From Antechinus flavipes (taxonomy: Eukaryota): a stretch of DNA of 64,000 bases. Below are positions 12,241-23,575 of the stretch, one piece after another (the first letter of the stretch is position 1; every line of letters starts with the position of its first letter). The stretch covers positions 25,916,001 through 25,980,000 of the forward strand of contig NC_067398.1 in NCBI RefSeq assembly GCF_016432865.1, given 5' to 3'. The notes beneath the pieces are model-generated. The model was not told the origin of the DNA. It worked only from the letters and a program-made list of their open reading frames with translations, and ran no database searches. The translations under genes were made by a program, and so were the position numbers.

Positions 12241-13395
12241 CTTGAAAATAAGAAATTCTGAAATAAAGGAGAGAAATTCAAAACAAAGCCATATATTCAT
12301 TTATAATTTTATATTTATATTATAATTTATTACAAACAATTTTTTTATATTTTATAATATTATGCTCTTAGGAAATGCTAGGCTGATTTTTTTTTTAATT
12401 TCTCAAGTTCGTCTCCAGAACATTTGAGCCCATTGGACAATGAGTTCCACGGAGGATCTGGTTTGACTTCTTTGATTTTGCTCCTTCAAAACAGCTTTCA
12501 CCTTGCGTTGTAACAATTTCCTGGGTTTTGTTTATTTTTTTTTTCAGCTTGCTCCAGAGCTCTCAAACCACAGAAAGATTTTTCTAAGCACTTTTTGCCT
12601 AACATTTCCTGGCCCAGAACCCACAGCAACCCTGCATTCCTCTTCTTCTTCCACTTCAGGCATAGACTATTTTTTTAGCCTCGAATCCTTTGGTCTAAAT
12701 AAATCTATAGTCATTTCTTTTTTTCTTAGTATTTTTTTAGTCCACATCTGGGAATTTATCAGTGTCGGGGAACTTCTAATACAGGAAATTCTCTTCACCA
12801 ATACAGGTGAACAACCACCTCACAACTTAAAGAGGATTACCTGGGATATCCAGAGGAGACATGACCTGTCCACAGTCACAAGCAGCAGTTCTGCCAAATT
12901 CAAGATTTGAACTCAGATCTTCCTGACCTTCATATCCACTAGGTGATGCTAGACCCCTTTAGAAAAGTCTATCAGCATAATCTCTGATTGCTTGCTGTCT
13001 TGGGGAGAGGCCAGGGAAGGGAGGAAAAGGAAGAAAAAGTCAGAGCTCAACATTGCTACAAAAATGAATGTTGAAGATTGTCTTTACATGTGGAGAAAAT
13101 AAAATACTTTTAAATGGGGGGGTGGGAGGGAAGTATCAAAGCTCCTATAACAACTCATGCTGATAGAAGGCTTAAAAAGTCATAAACCATTTTCCTCACA
13201 ACTCTATTAAGAAATGAGATAATTATTATTAACATTATTTTGTTGATGATCTGCCTGAGGCTTCGGGAGGTGTAAATGATGTCTGCATAGTAGCATAGCA
13301 ACTAAGCATTGAAACTTGAATCCTAAATCTCCAAGTTCAGCATCCTTCTAGATACTATATACTGCTTCCTCTCCCCCAATCTATTTCCCATAAGT

Positions 13396-13414
13396 GTAGT
13401 AGTAGTAGTAGTAA

Positions 13415-13448
<34 letters not shown>

Positions 13449-13513
13449 GGTGGTGGTAGATGTAGTGGTAGTAGTAGTAATATTGATGATGATGGTGGTA
13501 GTAGTAGTGCTGC
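13396..13513. repeat. (AGT/GGT/GAT)n compound trinucleotide microsatellite at a MIR tail
   Basis: Direct reading; abuts TAAGTGCTTTACAATCATTATTTCATTTG. Confidence 0.95.
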
Positions 13514-13589
13514 TAACAAATGTGCTAGAAACCATGTTAAGTGCTTTACAATCATTATTTCATTTGAACGACTCTGGGAGGTGAGTGCA

Positions 13590-13832
13590 AGTAGGCACAG
13601 TAGACAGAGTACCTCGCCCAGATTTAGGAAAACTGATCTTCATTTGTTTAAATCTGGCTTCAGATATTTCCTAGCTGTGTGATCCTGGAAAAGTCTCTTT
13701 GCCCTATTTGTCTCAATTTCCTCATCTGTAAACTAAACTGAAGAAGGAAATAATAAATCACTATAGTATCTTTGTCAAGAAAATCCCAAATGGGGTCATG
13801 AATAATTGGACATGTCTGAAACTACTCAACAA
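13590..13832 (+). mobile_element. Mar1-type CORE-SINE with RTE-like tail, inserted in a MIR
   Basis: Core followed by GAAGAAGGAAAT..AGTATCTTTGTCAAGAAAATCCCAAATGGGGTCATGAA..ACTCAACAA. Confidence 0.8.
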
Positions 13833-14619
13833 GAATGACAAAGGGGAGGTAAGTGATATTATTATCTCCATTTTTCCTCAGGAGAAAACTGAGGTAAACA
13901 GAGAGCAACTGATTTGCCCATGGTCACCTAACCTGTAAGTGTCTGGGTCCAAATTTGACTTCAAATCTTCCTCATTTCAGGTAATACAATATGTAACTGC
14001 CTCCCAGAGCTTCCCTTTCCCAACCCTTTCTCACATTGACAGACTAGGCTACAGAAAGTCAAAAACATGAAGCTGTAGGCATCCTGAAATAATCTTCCAA
14101 TAGCATCAATCAGAAAATCCTCTATTCATAGACAAGCACAGTTATGGAGTCAGAGGGCTGAGATTCAAGGGCTCTCTTACTTACTCCTGTGGGATCATGG
14201 GTAATTCTATTCAATGAATGTTTCTCACACAGCTACTGGAGCCCCCCTAGTTCTAGGTTACAGACATTTCCACCCTGAAGCACTTGTATTACACTGGGGA
14301 CGGAGGGATACAACACATACACAAGTCAACAAGTCCAAAGGAGCAGTCAGGATGTGAAGTCAACTAGAGTAGAAAAGATATTCCCTAGGATACAAGTTCA
14401 AATCCCTTATCTGTGGGTTTTATCTGTGGGATCTTGAGCTGGTTAGTTAACTTTCTGGGCCTCAGTTTCCCCATCTCTAAAACCCTGCATACAGTGAGCA
14501 TTTAGTAAATGTTGAATGGAATAAATGAATGGGATGGGAAGATGACAATCAGGTCTTATGGAACTACACTGATACAAATAACTTTTTAAAATGCAAGAAG
14601 CTGCTTAGGATCAAAAATC

Positions 14620-14960
14620 AGTGAGCCAACTCGTGGGCATGATACAATTACCTATTTTCTATGCAGAAAGAGTCTGGTAAAATGCCAACTCGGAGCACAG
14701 CACGGAGTCAAGTTAGTGTATCGGCATTTCCAAGGACGGTATGTGAATTAGTATTCTTGACCCTTTTTGCCTGGAATCTCTTCTCAGGAGACATTTATCA
14801 AATTGTATTCACATGTATGAAATTCCTCTCCCTCGGCACCGATGACCACAAGCCAGTTGCCAAGTATCAAAATCATTTTCTCCAGTCAAAGTGTTCTTAA
14901 AGGAGTCAGAATGGGTTGTCACAGAGCCCACTGCAATTGGCTGGTGCTTCTCCTCCCCTC
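14620..14960. promoter_or_regulatory. Unique CpG-retaining block, candidate enhancer
   Basis: 7 CpG in about 220 bp; no repeat similarity seen. Confidence 0.35.
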
Positions 14961-15789
14961 AAACCCTGCTTTTATTTTAGAACTGAGAGCTGAAGCAGCC
15001 CCAGATTATGAAATGGGTGCAAAGCTAAAGGACAGCTATAGATAGATTGATGTTCACAATGAACTAGGAAGAACAGCTAACAGTAAAATAAATGTTTGTA
15101 AATGACTTTGGCAAACGGAGTGAGTACAAGAAACAATACTGGAGGGGATGGTTAATAATGAGTGGAGACAAGCTTGGGAGAGAGAAAGTCTTTTAGAAAA
15201 AAAATCTTGACTTTTCAAAGTAGAAATAAATTAAGTGTTCCACACTGAATATGTCCAGTTCTCCAAGAGTCTTTGTCTAGATGAAATATTCAAGATGGAA
15301 AACCACTCAGTAGAAAATAATGAAACTAAATCCTGTCAACAATAATTTGATCTTTCCTAGACTTCATTTGGTAGAAGTAGCTAATTATACAAAATCAAAA
15401 TCAAGATTAAAAGAGAACATAGATGAGATGTTAGATCATAGAATCATAAACCTAAAGCCCTCTCATTTTGCAGAAAAGGAAACCAAAGCACAGAGTAGAA
15501 ATGAGTCACACAGGATTTAGATTTAGAATTAGAAGGGACCTCCAACCTCTTAGTTCAACAGAAGACAAAGCAAGGCCTGGAACTTTAAGTGTCAAGTACA
15601 CAGCTTGCAAATGCATAAAAAAAGTTAGGATTTGACCCCAGATGTTTTCAGGATTCTTAAGCTCACCAATTGAACAGTTTCATCACCAACCTACCCCCAG
15701 TACAATAAATTAAAACTGACCTTCCTGACAATCATAGAGCTACAACGGCTCTGAAGAGAACCCCAAAATGCTTATCTAAAGCAACACTT

Positions 15790-16287
15790 CTTTTTTTTAT
15801 ATTTTTATTTTTTCTGGTTATACATGCATATTAATTTTTTAATATGCATTTATTTATGAATCATGTTGGAAGGAAAAAAAATCAGAAGAAAAAGGAAAAA
15901 CTATAAGAGAGAGAAAAAACAACAGAAAAAAAAAAGTGAATGTAGCCTGTGTTTATTTATTTTTAATCTCCATAGTTCTCTTTCTGGATGCAGGTGTTGT
16001 TTTCTATCTAAAGTTTATTAGGATTACCTTGGATTACTGAACCCCTGAGAAGAACCAAGTTTTTCCTAGTTGATCATGTCACAATCTTGCTGTTATTGTG
16101 TACAATGGATTCTTAGTTCTGCTTGTTTCACTCAGCATGAGTTTGTGCAACTCTTTGCAGGACTTTCGAAAATCAGCTTTTTCATCATTTTTTTAATAGA
16201 ACAATAACATTCTATGACTTTCACATATCATATCTTATTTAGCCATTCCCCAATTGATGGGCATCTATTTGTGTTCCAATTCTTTAT
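15790..16287 (-). mobile_element. Marsupial L1 3' UTR / ORF2 end
   Basis: T-tail, TATACATGCATATT, CAATCTTGCTGTTATTGTGTACAAT, CAGCCATTCCCCAATTGATGGGCATC. Confidence 0.9.
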
Positions 16288-16289
16288 AG

Positions 16290-16440
16290 GGCAAAACTAT
16301 TTAAAGTGTAGGTCAGAACTCCATTTGGGATCATGAGGATAAATGTGGGGGTCATTAAAAAATTGATGACAATAAAAGGTTCCTGAATTCAATGACCAAA
16401 AACTAATTCAAAATCAAACACATAATGAATCTCAAGTAAT
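16290..16440 (+). mobile_element. Possible hAT-type non-autonomous DNA transposon fragment
   Basis: AATGTGGGGGTCATTAAAAAATT..AATAAAAGG resembles marsupial hAT MITE internal sequence, from memory. Confidence 0.3.
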
Positions 16441-16512
16441 TCTGGCAGTGCTTGTCCATGTTACATGGAGGAACTCCATCGCAGCCTAGGTTCTGAACAT
16501 ACAGCCTGCACA

Positions 16513-16619
16513 CTTTGCACTGTACTTGAACAACCACTGTCAGGAACACCTCACCTCAGATTCAAGAAAGAGTAGGGGAAAAATTTCAGGTGATAAGAGG
16601 TTGAAAATGGAAAAAAAAA
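16513..16619 (+). repeat. Probable source copy of a 105-bp local duplication
   Basis: Near-identical to 18437-18545; about 6 differences by manual alignment. Confidence 0.95.
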
Positions 16620-16859
16620 TTAAGAAGCTCTGGTCCAGAGGATACAAAAACATTGACTTCAGCCTCTATCCATCCAATCAGAGTAATTTTTAAGCCAAAA
16701 AAAAAAAATAAAAAGGATCCCGCATCGCCATGTGAATTTGAAGGTACAAGGGAACATAGAAATTATGGAGGCCAAGTTCCTTCATCTTACATATGTTTGA
16801 GCCAGAAAAAAAAGCCTGAGGGAGGAGGGGGAGGTATGGGAAGAGAAGGGGCCTCTGGG

Positions 16860-17170
16860 AAAACTCAGAGGGGGAATGATTCTGTCTTTAAAAGTATTTG
16901 AAAAGCTGTCTTACCCAAGAGGATTAGTCTTATTCCATTTGGCCCCAAGGGGAAAAACTAAGAGAAACAGGTAAAGGTTTCAGGAAGATATATTTAAAGC
17001 TTTATGTCAAGAAAACTTTGCTAACAATAAGACCTGTCCCAAAGGAGAATGGATTATTTCAGGAGCTTTGGTGTTTCCCATCCCTGGAAGTCTTCAAGAA
17101 AAAGATGAAATGGTCCCTGTTGAATATGCTATGGAAGGGACTTCCTCGGATATGGGTTGGAACAGATTCC
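16860..17170 (+). mobile_element. CR1/L3 LINE 3' end (degenerate ORF2 C-terminus and UTR)
   Basis: AAGTATTTGAAAAGCTGTC (KYLK-C), GGCCCCAAGGGGAAAAACTAAGAG, TTTCCCATCCCTGGAAGTCTTCAAG. Confidence 0.85.
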
Positions 17171-17173
17171 TGC

Positions 17174-17243
<70 letters not shown>
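17174..17243. repeat. (GA)n microsatellite
   Basis: Run with one interruption. Confidence 0.98.
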
Positions 17244-17246
<3 letters not shown>

Positions 17247-17285
17247 GTTGCTTCTGAAAATGGTGATGAAACATGCTCAAAGAAA

Positions 17286-17695
17286 AGTGACCTTGTTGTC
17301 TGATTCCAGACTCAAACACAGAAAGAACCTCATTCAAGTCAAGTTAAAGAAGAAAGCAAGTATTTAGCACCTACTATATGCCACACACTGTGCTAAGCAG
17401 TCAGGGCACAAAGGATGGTAAAAGCTACACTTGCCCTCAGGGAGGTTACAATCTAAACTGGGAACAATATAAATATTCAGTTGCATCTGAAAATAAGAAC
17501 TAAACAAGCCCAGAGATAGTGACCTTGTTATCTGATTCCAGAGTCAAACACAGAACTTCCTTGAAGTCAAGTCAAAGAAGGAAGCATATATTGTGCACCT
17601 ACTATTTGTCAGTCAGGGCACAAAAGATAGTAAAAGCTACATCTGCTCTCAAGGAGGTCAGAATGTAAACTGGGAAACAATGTAAACATTCAGTT
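17286..17695 (+). repeat. Old tandem duplication, period about 232 bp, containing an L2 tail
   Basis: AGTGACCTTGTT(G/A)TCTGATTCCAGA(C/G)TCAAACACAGAA starts at 17286 and 17518; both copies end ATTCAGTT. Confidence 0.9.
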
Positions 17696-17794
17696 ATGTA
17701 CAAACAAGATAACACGGTGGAAAAATTAGAGATAATCTAAGAGGGAAGCAAAAGAAATAGACTAAAGATAAAAATCTGTAAAGATTTTTTACTG

Positions 17795-18000
17795 ATTTTA
17801 ACTTGCTTTTATGATAACAAAAGAAATTGGATGGATTGTCCCTAACCATATTTTATCAAAATTCCCAGTTTTGAAAAAAAAAAAATTTACAAAGCAATCA
17901 AATTTCATTGACATTAGTCGTCTAAAAACAAAATTAAGTCTACTATCATAGAGAAACAATGCCACAAATAGTACTTTTGATACATGCAAAATTTCATATT
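17795..18000 (-). mobile_element. L1 3' end fragment
   Basis: TTTTATCAAAATTCCCAG..ATACATGCAAAATTTCATATT. Confidence 0.55.
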
Positions 18001-18189
18001 AAATATTTTTGAGTGGAAAATACTAATAAGACTGATGTTTTCTCCCAAAAGCTTTTTTTATAACATGTCAAAGACAAAGACTCTAAGAAAAATGTTTGGA
18101 AAATCTTGAACTCAATCATGAAGTCAATATTTAAAATGACATCTTTCCTCCCAAACAGATTCTCCTTCTTAAATTTTTTATTTCTTTTA

Positions 18190-18800
18190 AGGGCACACCA
18201 CCATCCTTCCAGATACCCAAGTTCGCAGCCTGGAAGCCATCTTGAATTCATCATCATACGCATAATGCCATATTCCATCCATTCCCAAGTCTTGCAAATA
18301 TTATCTCCTCAACATCTCTCAATCTTTTTCTGTGAATTTCTATTAAACCATCTAACGTCATAGTCCAGGCCCCCATTATCTCTCACCTGGACTACTGGAG
18401 CTCCTTTCTAATTGGTAACCTTATTTTTAATCTCCTCTTTGCACTGTACTTGATCAAACACTGTCAGGAACACCTCAGCTCAGATTCAAGAAAGAGTAGG
18501 GAAAAATTTCAGGTGAAAAGAGGTTGAAAATGAAAAAAAAAAAAATTTCCTCCATCCTCCAAACAACTGTCAAACGAACATTTCTCAGCACAGATCTGCT
18601 ATTCCCTTGCTCAAGAAGCTTCCTTGTGTCCCCAAGACCTCCAGGAGGAAACACAACCCTTAGGCCTGCTTGCTCATCTCCGTACATGACATTTCATTTC
18701 CCATCTCTATAATTTTGATAGTCGGTGTCGAAAGCCTCAAACTCATTCCCTCCTCACTAGATCCTCTCAGAGTGCTGAGTTTCTTTTAACACTTAGATTA
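18190..18800 (+). mobile_element. L2 3' region interrupted by the duplicated segment
   Basis: CATTATCTCTCACCTGGACTAC..CTAATTGGT..CCATCCTCCAAACAACTGTC..TTGCTCAAGAAGCTTC. Confidence 0.8.
18437..18545 (+). repeat. Derived copy of 16513-16619 with A13 tail and TSD-like flanks
   Basis: Flanks AATCTCCTC (18429-18437) and AATTTCCTC (18544-18552). Confidence 0.85.
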
Positions 18801-19209
18801 AATGTCACATTGACCCAGGGCTGCTAGCCGATTGAGTGGGAATAGCACTGGCTTTAACAATCAGAAGACATGGTTTTAAATCCTGGCTCTGCTTCTTACC
18901 ACTTGTGTAACCTTGTCTAAGTCACTTAAAGTTCACTGAACTTTCATTTTCTCATCTGAAAAATATGAAAGTTAGATGAGTTTTAGCTTTCCTAAGCTTA
19001 AAACCTAAGATTCTATAATGAACAGGAGAACTTTCTTGATTTTCTGAGATACTAAATACTTTTCCCACTTTATGATTCTTTTTTTTTTTTTTTTTGGTTT
19101 ATTGTTATTTTTTTATTTAACCTAAAAGAATATAATTTCCTTGAAGACAGGGGATCTTTTTATCCCCCAGAATTTAGTAAAGCCTACTACACATTAAAGG
19201 TCCTCCATA

Positions 19210-19500
19210 AATGATGTATTGACAACAAGAAAAAAAAAAGCAAATTGAATGCTGGGTAATCAAAATGCTCATGTTTGGTCCTAGAAAAGAGATATGAAAA
19301 TGCACCTCTCTCCTTTCTTTGCAGAGGTGGTGGCCTAGGAGAATGGAAAACAACACATATTTTGAGTCATATTTTGATTAATATAGCTGAGCTGGGGGGG
19401 GGGGTTCCCATTCTTTTTTTTATTCTCAGCTATAAGGACTCGATCTCTTGAAAGAAAAGGAAAACATGTGGTATTAGAAAATAAAGGTAAGGTAAGAAAT
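19210..19500 (+). mobile_element. Old marsupial L1 3' region
   Basis: GAAAAGAGATATGAAAATGCACCTCTCTCCTTTCTTTGCAGAGGTGG. Confidence 0.65.
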
Positions 19501-19617
19501 ATTTTTTTAATTATTGAATGAATTCTGATTTTTAAAAGTTATCTTCTACCTACAAAAGAAAATCTGCCGGTCTATAGATAGGCCAGTCCAAATACCAAAA
19601 CAATTCAGTGAATATCT

Positions 19618-19628
19618 ATGACTCAGCA
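19618..19628 (+). promoter_or_regulatory. Perfect ARE/NF-E2 (CNC-sMaf) motif ATGACTCAGCA
   Basis: Exact match to RTGACTCAGCA in unique sequence; function untested. Confidence 0.3.
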
Positions 19629-19938
19629 GTAGAAGAATAAACAAGCTTTCCCTGTCCATGTAGGGATGATTTTTTTTGTTGTTGCCTAAATAGTCCAAAG
19701 GAAAGTGTTCAGGTCTGAAGGTGCCCCTTAGCCCATAGTAACTGACTGGCAAAATAGGCGACTCAGAAGCAAGTGGAAGGAAACCACACCAGGATTAAAA
19801 ATTTGCCACACATAATCCACAAATTGGATGATCCACGTGTGTCTCATCAAGAGTTGGCGATAGCTTCTAGCAACCTCACATCTGGCTCTGTTTGGACTCC
19901 TCGACTTTTTTTTTTTTTTTCAGATATATAAAAAGCTG

Positions 19939-19940
<2 letters not shown>

Positions 19941-19982
<42 letters not shown>
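19941..19982. repeat. (CA)n microsatellite
   Basis: Perfect run. Confidence 0.98.
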
Positions 19983-19984
<2 letters not shown>

Positions 19985-20313
19985 TTGTGAGGTAAAGCCT
20001 TCAGATCAACAGATGTTATTACCCACAAGACACAGAATAGGCTCATTCGTATGGTAAACAACCAATAAGGACAGAATCAAGATAAGGTAATCAGTTCCTA
20101 TATTTTCTTGAAAATGACAAGTTATTAAATTAAACCTGGCAAAATAAAAGCCTGAGTTCCCTAACAAGAAGTCTGCCTTCAAATCTCATTAAAGACACTT
20201 ATTATGTGACTCTGCTCAAGTGACTCACTTTCTATGAGCCTCTATTTCCCCATCTGTAAAATGAAGCACTGACAGCACTCACTTCTCACTTGGTTGTTTT
20301 GAGGATCCCAAGA

Positions 20314-20387
20314 ATTTTTTTTTTTTGATTAGGTGAAAGAGGAGATAGGATCCCATCTCCTCTTTCACCTAATCAAAAAAAAAAAAT
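20314..20387. repeat. 74-bp near-perfect palindrome with no spacer
   Basis: A-T12-GATTAGGTGAAAGAGGAGAT-A-GGA|TCC-C-ATCTCCTCTTTCACCTAATC-A12-T; one mismatch, 20347/20354. Confidence 0.97.
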
Positions 20388-20429
20388 CTAAATAATAAAG
20401 TAAATAAATTCCTATTATAAAATATATTT

Positions 20430-20888
20430 TAGGCTATACCCCACTTGGTTGTTGTTTGGGCCCTGATTGGTGCAAAGTGAGTGTAAATAACAATTGTTCT
20501 TGTTTTGATCAGAAACTCTGAGGATCTTCCCCTCCCAGATATATAGAGAGAGACTTATAAATATAGATACTAGGTAAAAGAAGTCATTCTCAGGCTCATT
20601 TCTTACTTCGCCTTAATCACTGAGTGGGTATTGCCTTAGTCAGACTGATCTCTATTGAAGATTTTAGTTTAAAAAGGTGAAGGTCTCTCACTCTATCCAA
20701 GAACACCTTCAGTCCTCCTGATTTTTATCTTGTTACTGGACCCAGAGGGCTCTGGAAGGGAAAGTGAGGCAGGAGACTTTGCCCAACTTTCCCTCACTTC
20801 AATTCAATTCAATTCAATTCACTTGCACATCATGGCAGCAATTCCCCGATGTCGTGGCCTTCTTTGAGAAGGAAGGACAAACAACAAC
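20430..20888 (+). mobile_element. Marsupial RTE-associated SINE-like repeat (WALLSI-like; exact family uncertain)
   Basis: GCAAAGTGAGTGTAAAT..GGACCCAGAGGGCTCTGGA..GAGAAGGAAGGACAAACAACAAC, an RTE-type tail. Confidence 0.65.
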
Positions 20889-21134
20889 CATATACTGATT
20901 TCTTCCCAGGTCAGTGCACCTTTTTGGTCAATTATAAAATTAAAGTTCTAAATCAATTATGAAAAAAGCTCAGATTTGCCCTATTCCATTATCAATTAAA
21001 GGTATAAACATGGACACAAACAAGCCATCTTTACTTGGGAGAAGTTAAGCAAGCACCCTGTCACTGACTGAAGGTGGATACAACCCAGTTATCTTGTGGA
21101 CACAGGGAATATCTTGTGGTTGGTTAAAGAGAAT

Positions 21135-21325
21135 CCATCAAATATGGAAATATGTTTAAAATGATTGTACAAGCATGACCTAGCTATAACAGGTTGTTTG
21201 CTGTCTTAGGAAGTGGGGAGGAAGAGAAGGAGGAAGAAAAAAAAAGGAATTTACAATCTTACAAAAATGAATGTTGAAAATTATCTTTACATGCAATTGG
21301 AAAAAATAAAATGCTATTAAGAGAG
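21135..21325 (+). mobile_element. L1 3' end
   Basis: ACAAAAATGAATGTTGAAAATTATCTTTACATGCAATTGGAAAAAATAAAAT. Confidence 0.85.
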
Positions 21326-22577
21326 AAATAGAGAGAGCCAGACAGATAGACACATGGGGGATGGCAATCAGTCAAGACCCGGGGAATTTACAAGTCAGCT
21401 TTCCAAGAGCTATGGTGTCTCAGACCCAGCCAAGCCCCTGAGATGGAATTGCTCATCAAGTGGAAAAGAGTAGATGGAATCTCTTTCCCCTGTACTAGAG
21501 GAAAACCTTGTAAACTTCCAAAAGTTGGAAGATTTGAACTTTCCATCAGTTGCTGTAGGTTTCAGAGTCTCCAGGACAACAGAAGCTGAGACATGACCAA
21601 AGAAACCAGGCACAAATCTATATGGGCAATCTCAGGACTTTCCCAGGGAATCAATCATCTGAAACAACTGAGAGTTATACTGATAAGGATTCCACAAAAG
21701 AAGAAAAAGGTTTCCAACAATCAGAACCTGTGAGTTACCTCTTGGTCACATGAGTTTTCTGAGCTTAGTTTACTCTTTCCCAAGAACCTTTTAGTATGCA
21801 AGGAGAGAATATATCCCAGACTTTAGCCTCAGTTGGGGGAGGGGATTTTTTTCTGCAACAAATGGTAAATATCACTTTCTAAAAGCTAATCAGTTGTAGT
21901 TGGTTAACTGATGATCAATGGGGATCATGCTGGGTGGGGGTTTGTGAGTAAAAGTACTAGAGAAATTCCCTAAATCCCTCAGAGTTACCACAGATCCCTA
22001 GATCTGTGGAGAGTAATCTGACTTCCCTTTAAGGCCACAGCTCACTAAAGAGAGTAGAAGTTGGGAAGTAGCTTCAGAAAGGAGTCTTAATATAGGGATT
22101 TCCTTTCTACCAAACAGCACCATTTTGAATCATTAATTCTCTGAGCTTTGGTGGCCTAATTATTATTATTATTATTATTAATACCACCTTCACATATAAC
22201 TCATGGGTTTATTATGAAGATCAAACAGATTATTTTATGAAATGGCTTTGAAAAAAATATTTAAAGTATATACAATTAGGTGTTGTTTTAACTAGGAAAC
22301 CTGTAGGAACAAGATAAATACATGTCTTGGATATGGGAAAGAAACCAAAGACCTTATTTTATACTTGAGGAAACTGAGGGAAATTATATGATTTGACCAA
22401 CAAATCCACAGACATTATGAAGTTTCTATTCTGTACCAGGAACTTTATTAGGCACTTGGAAACAATGAAAAAATTAAACACTCCCTGTCTTTAAAACGTT
22501 TAAATTGACAGGAACAGATACATACACATACATACATTTACATTTATACGTGTAGATGGATATGGGCATTATGTACA

Positions 22578-22580
<3 letters not shown>

Positions 22581-22620
<40 letters not shown>
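22581..22620. repeat. (AT)20 microsatellite
   Basis: Perfect run. Confidence 0.98.
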
Positions 22621-22622
<2 letters not shown>

Positions 22623-23025
22623 TCAGTGCACACATATCATGTTAAGATTTGAAATTTATTTTCCATACATTATGTCATTCGATCCTCACACCAAACTTTG
22701 AGGGGTATGATACCCATTCCACAGTTGAGGAAAATGGGCCCTGAGAAGTAGTTAAACCGTAGTTCCATAACTAATGTCAAAGGTAGCCCTTCCAAATTGC
22801 AAGCCTAACGCTCTAACCACTCAACTACACAAAAATGGATTTCAAACCCAGGTCTTCTGATTCTCCCAGTCAAAGTATCAAGAAGGAAACTGTCCTGGGG
22901 GACAAGAAAGAAAAAGGGGCTACACTCTCAACATCATGAGCAATCTTGGAAAGTGACCAATGTTTTTTTCAAATTGAACCAATGAATGTTGCCAAGCCAC
23001 AAAGCTGTTCCTTCTTAAATAAGAT

Positions 23026-23027
<2 letters not shown>

Positions 23028-23062
<35 letters not shown>

Positions 23063-23246
23063 AACTTTTTCTTCTCAGAAAACATGTGCTTCCTTTTTAT
23101 ACTAAAGATAATCAAATTTCTCAAAGAAAAATCGGGAACAATGGAGCTCTCATTTTGGAGGGATCAAAATTATTGTGGAAAGATTTAATTGGAGTCATAC
23201 ACGCAAACAAAAACATTAGCAACCATGGCATTCATTGCCCCTCCCT

Positions 23247-23278
<32 letters not shown>

Positions 23279-23281
23279 ACA
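23028..23281. repeat. Two (CA)n microsatellites, 23028-23059 and about 23246-23281
   Basis: Direct reading. Confidence 0.95.
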
Positions 23282-23475
23282 CTACTTTGGGACCCAGGAA
23301 CTCAACCCCTGAATATGCTATAGCACCCCCAGTGTATCAATGAGCAGAAGCAGCATTGCTGCTGCTGATGTATGGGGATAAAGTCATCAAGCGCTGTTAA
23401 AAGTTTGCAGGTTACTGGCTAAGTGTGAGGGTCCCCTCTTCAGTCTGGACAAAAGCACCTTTACGGTTCAATTAC

Positions 23476-23575
23476 CTTCCATTCGGTGGGAGAAGAGTGG
23501 GACCTCTGATGGCCCAGTGAGCAGCAACAGAGGAACCCAGAGTGCCGGAATCCTCTGTAATTGCTGATTTGCTAC
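23476..23575 (-). other. Candidate 100-nt exon
   Basis: CCTTCTTATCTGTAG|GTAGC...GGAAG|GTAATT; two frames open; no protein recognised. Confidence 0.3.
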
